The notes under the pieces were generated by a model. It saw only the letters and a list, made by a program, of their open reading frames with translations. It was not told where the DNA came from and did no database searches. Shown here one piece after another: positions 57,832 through 64,000 of a stretch of 64,000 nucleotides of DNA (the first letter of the stretch is position 1; every line of letters starts with the position of its first letter). Position numbers and translations under genes: made by a program. Source of the DNA: Pseudomonadales bacterium (GTDB lineage: Bacteria > Pseudomonadota > Gammaproteobacteria > Pseudomonadales > UBA7434); assembly GCA_965216795.1 (NCBI GenBank), contig OZ244196.1, positions 3,231,681-3,295,680 of the forward strand. Direction: 5' to 3'.

Positions 57832-59202
57832 ATGAGCAATCCAGACCAGAATCCAGCAAATCCAGCGGGCCGCTACAACCGCGCGGGCGAAATCGAGCGG
57901 CTCGAAGCCGACTGGCGCGACAACCCGCGGTGGAAGGGCATCAAGCGTGAATACGGCGCAGCTGATGTGGTCAGGTTGCGTGGCTCGATGAAGCGTGAAA
58001 ACACGATTGCTCAGCGTGGCGCCGAGAGACTCTGGGACCTGGTGACCGAGGGCGGGCGCCCCGCGTTCCGGCCTGAAAAAGATTTCGTCAACGCAATGGG
58101 CGCATTGACCGGTGGGCAGGCTGTCCAGCAGGTCAAGGCCGGCGTCCAGGCGATTTACCTGTCGGGCTGGCAGGTAGCCGCTGACGGCAACACCTCTGAG
58201 ACGATGTACCCCGACCAGTCACTGTACGCCGTCGATTCGGTGCCGACGATGGTGCGGCGGATCAACAACGCCTTTGAGCGCGCTGACCAGATCCAGTGGC
58301 AGGCCGATGTCGATCCCAGCGACCCGGCGTTCATCGACTACTTTGCCCCGATTGTCGCAGATGCCGAAGCGGGTTTTGGCGGGGTGCTCAACGCCTACGA
58401 GCTGATGAAAAATATGATTCGCGCCGGAGCCTCTGGCGTGCACTTTGAAGACCAGTTGGCGGCGGTTAAAAAGTGCGGGCATATGGGTGGCAAGGTGCTG
58501 GTGCCCACACGCGAAGCGGTCGAGAAGCTGACAGCTGCCCGACTGGCCGCCGATGTTGAAGGCGTGCCGACGATCATCCTGGCGCGCACCGATGCCAATG
58601 CCGCAGACCTGATGACCGCAGACTGCGATCCCTACGATGAAGCCTTTGTTACCGGCGAGCGCACTCGCGAAGGGTTTTATCGCGTTCGCGCCGGCATTGA
58701 CCAGGCCATTCACCGTGGCCTGGCTTACGCACCTTACGCTGACTTGCTGTGGTGTGAAACGGCAACGCCAGACCTCGACGAAGCCCGAAAATTTGCAGAA
58801 GCCGTAAAAGCCGAGTACCCGGATCAGATGCTGGCCTACAACTGCTCGCCGTCATTCAACTGGAAGAAAAACCTCGACGATGCGACGATTGCGAAATTCC
58901 AGACCGAATTGTCCGCGATGGGCTATAAATTCCAGTTCATCACGCTGGCGGGTATCCACAACATGTGGCACGGTATGTTCAACCTGGCCTACGATTACGC
59001 GCGCAGGGACATGTCTGCCTACGTTGAGCTGCAGGAGCAGGAATTCGCCGATGCCGATCGCGGATACACCTTCGTTTCTCACCAGCAGGAAGTGGGTACC
59101 GGCTACTTTGACGACGTGACAACGGTCATCCAGGGTGGTGCTTCCTCGGTCACAGCGCTGACCGGCTCTACGGAAGAAGAGCAGTTCGGCAAAACCGGCT
59201 AA
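57832..59202 (+). CDS. aceA: Isocitrate lyase
   Basis: Signature [13 protein letters not shown], plus ARTDA and WCETATPD. 456 aa. Confidence 0.95.
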   Translation: MSNPDQNPANPAGRYNRAGEIERLEADWRDNPRWKGIKREYGAADVVRLRGSMKRENTIAQRGAERLWDLVTEGGRPAFRPEKDFVNAMGALTGGQAVQQVKAGVQAIYLSGWQVAADGNTSETMYPDQSLYAVDSVPTMVRRINNAFERADQIQWQADVDPSDPAFIDYFAPIVADAEAGFGGVLNAYELMKNMIRAGASGVHFEDQLAAVKKCGHMGGKVLVPTREAVEKLTAARLAADVEGVPTIILARTDANAADLMTADCDPYDEAFVTGERTREGFYRVRAGIDQAIHRGLAYAPYADLLWCETATPDLDEARKFAEAVKAEYPDQMLAYNCSPSFNWKKNLDDATIAKFQTELSAMGYKFQFITLAGIHNMWHGMFNLAYDYARRDMSAYVELQEQEFADADRGYTFVSHQQEVGTGYFDDVTTVIQGGASSVTALTGSTEEEQFGKTG

Positions 59203-59204
59203 CG

Positions 59205-59693
59205 GTGAGCATTCCCTCACTGCCTGATCTATGCGATGAGTTTGGCGACCAGCTTCAGGTCGCCGAACCATTGTTCCGGCACTTTACGCCAGTCACTCAA
59301 TTTTGCGGGCCGATCTCTACGGTTCGCTGTTTCGAAGACAACTCCTTTGTCGCCAGCCAGCTGCGCAGTCCCGGCGAGGGCCGCGTACTGGTGGTCGATG
59401 GCGCCGCTTCCATGGGCTGCGCCCTGGTAGGCGACCAGTTGGCTGCGGCAGGGGTTGAAAACAACTGGGCAGGCATCGTCGTCAATGGCTGCGTGCGCGA
59501 CGTGGAGATCCTCGCCGGTTTGCAAATCGGCATTATGGCGCTGGCACCCATGCCGCGGCGCTCGGTGAAAGCCCAGCGCGGCGATGTTGATGTCGATGTC
59601 AGCTTTGCCGGGACCCGCTTTGTGCCTGGCGAATTTCTCTATGCCGATACCAACGGTATCGCAGTCGCGGCCAGTGCGCTCGTGCCTGCGTAG
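59205..59693 (+). CDS. rraA: RraA-family protein (RNase E regulator / HMG-CHA aldolase-oxaloacetate decarboxylase fold)
   Basis: GTG start 2 nt after the aceA stop. [46 protein letters not shown] aligns along the whole length with E. coli RraA, recalled from memory. Confidence 0.88.
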   Translation: MSIPSLPDLCDEFGDQLQVAEPLFRHFTPVTQFCGPISTVRCFEDNSFVASQLRSPGEGRVLVVDGAASMGCALVGDQLAAAGVENNWAGIVVNGCVRDVEILAGLQIGIMALAPMPRRSVKAQRGDVDVDVSFAGTRFVPGEFLYADTNGIAVAASALVPA

Positions 59694-59751
59694 TTGCGCC
59701 CCGCGCCATGATACACTTTGCCAAAATTCGCTTGCCGCTCGCCCACCGACT

Positions 59752-61488
59752 GTGACACCTGTTTCCGAATCGATCGCCAGCATTGTGCTGGCGCACTACG
59801 AACAAATGTACGCCAACTTCATGGCGATCACCCGAGGGGCACAGCAGCGCTTCGAGGGTGCGCAATGGCATGACGTCCATGCTGCCATGCGCGAGCGACT
59901 GACTGTCTACAAGCAGAAAGTGGGCGAGGCAGAGCTCAGCTGCCGCGAAAAAGCGGGCGAGGCGGTTGGCGACCGGGCGGTCTGGGCGGCTGTGCGGGCG
60001 CACTACGCGACCCTGATCGCGCAACACGACAATGCGGTGATCGCCGAGTCGTTCTTTAACTCTGTTTATAGCCGGATGTTTGGCCACAAGGCGATTCGCG
60101 CCGAACATGTCTTCAGTGGCGTCAAGCCGCTCGAGGAGTTGGGCCGGGATGCCGAACAGATCCTGGAGAGCTTTACCTTTCGCGAAGACCTGCAGGACAT
60201 CATTCGCCAGATGCTCGAGCGGTTCTCGCTAAAAACGCCCTACGAAAATCTCGAGCGCGATGTGCGCAGGGTGGCATCACGGGTCGATGAATTCTTTTCA
60301 GGCCAGCGACCGGAAGCAGGCCCGATATCCATTCGCATGATTCGCTCGCACTTTTTTCGCAATAAGGGCGCCTACCTGATTGGCTATATCGATCTTCATG
60401 ACGATATTGTGCCGGTGGCCCTGCCATTTATGGAAAATGGCAATGGCGAGATCTACGTGGACGCTGTCATCATGGGTAGCGATGAGCTGAGTATGATTTT
60501 CAGCTTTACCCGATCCTACTTTATGGTAGATGCGCCGATTCCCGGTCATTACGTGGCGATTCTCAAACGCCTGATGCCGCAGAAGAAAACCTTCGAGCTG
60601 TTCACGGCCATTGGTTTTGCGAAGCATGGCAAGACGGCGTTTTACCAGCATGCGATCAACTATACACGCAATGTTCCCAGGGACCAGTTCTACGAAGCAG
60701 CGCCGGGTATCAAAGGCATGGTGATGCTGGTATTCACATTGCCGTCCTTCGACTACGTTTATAAGGTCATCAAGGACCGTTTTACCCCGCCCAAGGATAT
60801 GACCCGCGAAGAAGTCAAGCAAAAGTATGCGCTGGTAAAGTCATCCGACCGGGCTGGCCGGATGGCGGATATCTACGAGTTCAAGTACCTGGCCTTTGAC
60901 CGTCGCCGCTTTTCTGCCGAGCTGCTCGAAGAGCTCCAGCGCGAGGTGGGCTCACTGCTGGAATTTTCGGGCAATGCGTTGATACTCAAGCATGTCTACG
61001 TTGAGCGAAAAATGACGCCGCTCAATCTCTATCTGCCTGATGCCGATGACGAGCAGACTTACAGCGCGATTGACGAGTATGGCAATGCGATCAAACAGCT
61101 GGCGGCGGCCAATATTTTTCCGGGCGATATGCTGCTGAAGAATTTCGGCGTGACGCGCCACGGCCGGGTCGTATTTTATGATTACGATGAGATCTGCCCG
61201 CTGACCGATTGCAACTTCCGCAAGATTCCCGAGCCCCGTACCGAAGAGCAGGAGATGGCAGCAGGTGCCTGGTTCGATGTGGCTGATAACGACGTGTTCC
61301 CCGAGGAATTCCGGCTATTTTTTACCGGTAACCCCAGGGCGCGCGAGGTGTTCAACAATCTGCACGCCGACATCTATGACTATCGCTGGTGGCAGGAGCT
61401 GCAGCAGCGTATCCGCGACGGCTATGTCGCCGATGTGTTTCCCTACCGGCGCACCCAGCGTTTCAGTCGCGACGCAATCGATCACTGA
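59752..61488 (+). CDS. aceK: Isocitrate dehydrogenase kinase/phosphatase
   Basis: GTG 59752. SIASIVLAHYEQMYANFMAITRGAQQRFEGAQWHDV parallels the E. coli AceK N-terminus ([36 protein letters not shown]). 578 aa. The track ORF's extension overlaps rraA and is rejected. Confidence 0.92.
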   Translation: MTPVSESIASIVLAHYEQMYANFMAITRGAQQRFEGAQWHDVHAAMRERLTVYKQKVGEAELSCREKAGEAVGDRAVWAAVRAHYATLIAQHDNAVIAESFFNSVYSRMFGHKAIRAEHVFSGVKPLEELGRDAEQILESFTFREDLQDIIRQMLERFSLKTPYENLERDVRRVASRVDEFFSGQRPEAGPISIRMIRSHFFRNKGAYLIGYIDLHDDIVPVALPFMENGNGEIYVDAVIMGSDELSMIFSFTRSYFMVDAPIPGHYVAILKRLMPQKKTFELFTAIGFAKHGKTAFYQHAINYTRNVPRDQFYEAAPGIKGMVMLVFTLPSFDYVYKVIKDRFTPPKDMTREEVKQKYALVKSSDRAGRMADIYEFKYLAFDRRRFSAELLEELQREVGSLLEFSGNALILKHVYVERKMTPLNLYLPDADDEQTYSAIDEYGNAIKQLAAANIFPGDMLLKNFGVTRHGRVVFYDYDEICPLTDCNFRKIPEPRTEEQEMAAGAWFDVADNDVFPEEFRLFFTGNPRAREVFNNLHADIYDYRWWQELQQRIRDGYVADVFPYRRTQRFSRDAIDH

Positions 61489-62632
61489 TGGCTATCGGTG
61501 TCGGGAAGTTAAAAATAACAATGTAGCTGGACACCAGGAAGGTGAGAATTGCTGTCGCCTGGATCAGGTGTGAGGCCTCTTCCCCAATCAGTGCGGTACC
61601 CGCAGCGACGTAGGCAATCAGCAGCGAGAATTCGCTGTTCTGCCCCAGCCTGAAACCCAGGCTCCAGCACAGGTTTTTCTGTTCGCCCAGCCGCTCGAGC
61701 ATCAGCTTGAACACGACAGGTTTTAATACGGTGACCAGCGCCGCGAGCAGTATCGCGGCCAGGGCAACGTCATCGAGGAGTTCAAGATTGAAGCGCGCGC
61801 CCAGTGTGAAGAAAAACATCACCAGGAAAAAATCGCGCAAGGGCTTGAGATTGAGGGCGATGTACTGTGATATCGGGCTGGTTGCGAGTGAGATGCCGGC
61901 GATGAAAGCGCCGATTTCCGCTGACAGTTGCAGGGCGTGCGCCAGTTCGGCCAACCCCAGGCACCAGCCAATAGCGAGCAGGAAAATATACTCGTGAAAT
62001 CGATCGAAGCGCGTGATCAACGGCAGTAGCAGGTACTTGACCACCAGCCACGCCAGCAGCGCGAGGCAGGGCAGGCTGACCATGGCCGTGCCAATAGCCT
62101 GCGCATCCAGCGCACCCGCGCTGCTGCTGAACAGGATGATCAGCACGAAAATCGCCAGTAAATCCTGGATGAGCAGCAGGCCGATCATCAGCTCGCCGGC
62201 GTGGCGATGGTGCAGCACCGTGGTAGGCAGCAGCTTGATACTGATGATGGTGCTCGAGAACATCATCGCCGCGCCGATCACCAGGCACTCGGCGGTTGAG
62301 AAGCCAAACTGGCGGGCAACGATCCAGCCCGTCAGAGCGAACAGCGCCGAGCTGGCCAGCGTGATCGCTGTGGCCTTGCGGGCAACTGCCAGCAGGGCCC
62401 GGGGCTGCATATCGAGCCCCAGCAGGAACAGCAGGAAGATGATGCCGATATGACCGCTTTCCTCGAGCAGGTCGATGTCGTTCACCAGGCCAAAGCCATA
62501 GGGGCCGATAATGGCCCCCAATACGATATAGGCAATAATCAGTGGCTGGCGCGTAAACAGCGCCAGAGAGGCGAGCACTGCAGCGCCGCTGAAGATCAGG
62601 AAAAATGACGTTGTCAGGGATTCGGCGAGCAT
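61463..62632 (-). CDS. Cation:proton antiporter (CPA2/Kef-type membrane domain, no RCK domain)
   Basis: 389 aa with about 11-12 TM segments. The Na+/H+ exchanger family pattern is present (GAIIGPYGFGLV, EIGAFIAG). Its 3' end overlaps the aceK 3' end by 26 nt (convergent). Confidence 0.88.
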   Translation of the reverse strand: MLAESLTTSFFLIFSGAAVLASLALFTRQPLIIAYIVLGAIIGPYGFGLVNDIDLLEESGHIGIIFLLFLLGLDMQPRALLAVARKATAITLASSALFALTGWIVARQFGFSTAECLVIGAAMMFSSTIISIKLLPTTVLHHRHAGELMIGLLLIQDLLAIFVLIILFSSSAGALDAQAIGTAMVSLPCLALLAWLVVKYLLLPLITRFDRFHEYIFLLAIGWCLGLAELAHALQLSAEIGAFIAGISLATSPISQYIALNLKPLRDFFLVMFFFTLGARFNLELLDDVALAAILLAALVTVLKPVVFKLMLERLGEQKNLCWSLGFRLGQNSEFSLLIAYVAAGTALIGEEASHLIQATAILTFLVSSYIVIFNFPTPIAISDRLRRD

Positions 62633-62659
62633 GGGCTGGTGCGTCGCTTCTGCCGAATC

Positions 62660-63157
62660 TTAGCGTCTGCGGAACAGGGGCGTTGGGTCGTCGCTGGCCG
62701 CCTGGTAGCTGACGCTGAAATCGTCGAGCCCGTCGAGCGCGGCAGCCGCGTCGCGATCTTCACGCAATGCAAAGCTGTTAAAGCCGCAGCGCGCATAGAA
62801 TTGCAGCTGGTCGCGCAGCACGTCGCCAACCGCACGCAGCTCGCCGGCGTAGCGGTATTCATCGCGCAGTACGCGGGCATAGGAATAACCACGGCCGTCG
62901 CTGAATACCGGGAAATTAATCGCCACCAGTGGCAGTTGGTGACAATCATCGGCCAGTGCTTCGGGCGATTCGTCAGCATCGAGCCAGACCCCATAGCGAT
63001 CGTTGCCGAGCAGGGATTCACGCTCTGCCAGCCACAGTTGCAGTGGCACGATGTAGCGCTGGTCGCCTTCGGTAAGCTTGCTGGCGTCCGCATCTTTGTC
63101 GAGCAGCTGCCAATGGTCGTCCTCTACCAGCTGCCGGTCTTTAATCAGGTTGCGCAT
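62660..63157 (-). CDS. DUF934-domain protein (sulfite-reductase-associated)
   Basis: ATG 63157. FPVFSDGRGYSYARVLRDEYRYAGELRAVGDVLRDQL is typical of DUF934. Lies directly downstream of the sulfite reductase gene, as in Pseudomonas. Confidence 0.8.
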   Translation of the reverse strand: MRNLIKDRQLVEDDHWQLLDKDADASKLTEGDQRYIVPLQLWLAERESLLGNDRYGVWLDADESPEALADDCHQLPLVAINFPVFSDGRGYSYARVLRDEYRYAGELRAVGDVLRDQLQFYARCGFNSFALREDRDAAAALDGLDDFSVSYQAASDDPTPLFRRR

Positions 63158-64000
63158 AAACACGCTCCTTGAAGGGTTCGAGTCCGACCCGGTGAAAGGT
63201 GTCGAAGAAGGGTTCTTCGGGTTGGCGTAACGCGACATAGGTCTCGAGTACGGTCGCAATCACATCGGGGATCTCGGCCTGTTCGAACGAGGGGCCAAGA
63301 ATTTTGCCGATAGAGGCCTTGCGACCCATATTGCCGCCGAGAGAGACCTGGTAAAACTCGCGGCCCTTTTTGTCGACGCCGAGTATACCGATGTGGCCGA
63401 CATGGTGATGCCCGCAGGCGTTCATGCAGCCAGAGATATTGAGATCGATAGGCCCCAGGTCGTACAGGTAATCGATGTCGTCAAACCGGCGTTGGATTGC
63501 CTCGGCGACCGGAATCGACTTGGCGTTAGCCAGCGCACAGTAGTCGCCACCGGGGCAGCAGATAATATCGGTCAGGTAGTTCAGGTTCGGCGTCGTCAGG
63601 TTCAACTCGCTGCAGCGCTGCCATAGCGAGAGCAGGTCACTCTTGCGCACATCCGCCAGTACGACGTTCTGCTGGTGGGTATTGCGCAGCAGGCCGAAGG
63701 AAAACTGGTCGGCGAGTTCAGCCAATGCATCCATCTGAGTATCGGTCAGGTCACCTGGCGCAGTGGCAACGGGTTTGAGCGACAGCGTCACGATCGCATA
63801 ACCGGCGCTGCGGTGTGGCCGCACGCTGGTATCGAGCCAGCGGCCAAAGTCAGGGTGTTCAATGCGCTGGCTGGCAAGCTCTCTATTGCACGAGGAGTCA
63901 TCCAGCGTTTCATAGTCCAGCGGCACGAAGTGCGACCTGACCTGCGCTACAGCGTCTTCGGTAAGTGTGGTCGGGCTGTCCTTCAAGGCCTGCCAGGCCT
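63141..64000 (-). CDS. cysI: Nitrite/sulfite reductase haemoprotein (CysI/NirA-type), C-terminal part; 5' end beyond the window
   Basis: The frame is open to nt 64000. Siroheme/4Fe-4S motifs CPGGDYCALA and SGCMNACGHHHVGHIGILG are present. Confidence 0.88.
   Translation of the reverse strand, partial: AWQALKDSPTTLTEDAVAQVRSHFVPLDYETLDDSSCNRELASQRIEHPDFGRWLDTSVRPHRSAGYAIVTLSLKPVATAPGDLTDTQMDALAELADQFSFGLLRNTHQQNVVLADVRKSDLLSLWQRCSELNLTTPNLNYLTDIICCPGGDYCALANAKSIPVAEAIQRRFDDIDYLYDLGPIDLNISGCMNACGHHHVGHIGILGVDKKGREFYQVSLGGNMGRKASIGKILGPSFEQAEIPDVIATVLETYVALRQPEEPFFDTFHRVGLEPFKERVYAQPD

Noticed and set aside
59584-59751. N-terminal extension of aceK overlapping rraA by 110 nt.
   Set aside because: Homology to the AceK N-terminus begins right after GTG 59752. 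The extension is Pro/Ser/Cys-rich with no similarity to AceK.
61463-61488. 26-nt convergent overlap of the aceK and antiporter 3' ends, considered as a regulatory antisense arrangement.
   Set aside because: Short convergent overlaps are common in compact GC-rich genomes. No structure or conserved motif was visible in the overlap.
63174-63185. GGGTTCGAGTCC, a tRNA T-loop-like motif.
   Set aside because: The flanking bases (AAGGG / CCGAC) are not complementary, so there is no T-stem. No acceptor or anticodon arms are present, and it lies inside the sulfite reductase coding frame.

Overview
GC-rich chromosomal segment from a gammaproteobacterium. The order closely follows the Pseudomonas-type core block suhB / trmJ-iscRSUA-hscBA-fdx-iscX ... 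ndk-rlmN-pilW-rodZ ... hisS-yfgM-bamB-der. Most of the window is housekeeping or central metabolism.

Layout, 5' to 3':
- (i) A two-component pair, then a small lipid-type accessory cluster: acyl-CoA synthetase, SDR and hotdog thioesterase, bracketed by two paralogous DUF1214-like proteins and a sulfotransferase.
- (ii) recQ, a SnoaL-like protein and a small acidic protein.
- (iii) suhB, trmJ and the complete isc/hsc Fe-S operon with a recognisable IscR-operator promoter.
- (iv) A YedK/SRAP gene, two REP-like nested palindromes and an apparently relocated ispG.
- (v) ndk through der, then a truncated haemoglobin and trpS.
- (vi) An animal-haem-type peroxidase tightly packed with BaeS/BaeR-like genes and a Spy-like protein, divergent from a di-haem cytochrome c peroxidase.
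- (vii) A full nitrate assimilation regulon: porin, nasT-nasS, nrtAB plus ATPase, FAD reductase, nirBD, nasA, cobA. Two leader terminators are each preceded by a hexaloop hairpin, and sigma54-type promoters are present.
- (viii) A Rieske oxygenase and an orphan ParA-like ATPase.
- (ix) A glyoxylate-shunt cluster, glcB / LysR / aceA-rraA-aceK, with a shared 27-bp box.
- (x) A CPA2 antiporter, a DUF934 protein and a partial sulfite reductase.

I saw no rRNA or tRNA genes, CRISPR arrays, transposases, integrases or obvious defence systems. No finding is a clear-cut novel system. The best candidates for something undescribed are:
- the peroxidase-BaeSR-Spy-like / CCP module;
- the NasT-type leader that puts an outer-membrane porin into the nitrate regulon;
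- the RraA-family (Arg-Asp type) gene embedded in aceA-aceK;
- the DUF1214/sulfotransferase lipid-like cluster.

All family assignments come from motif recognition by eye, not from database searches.
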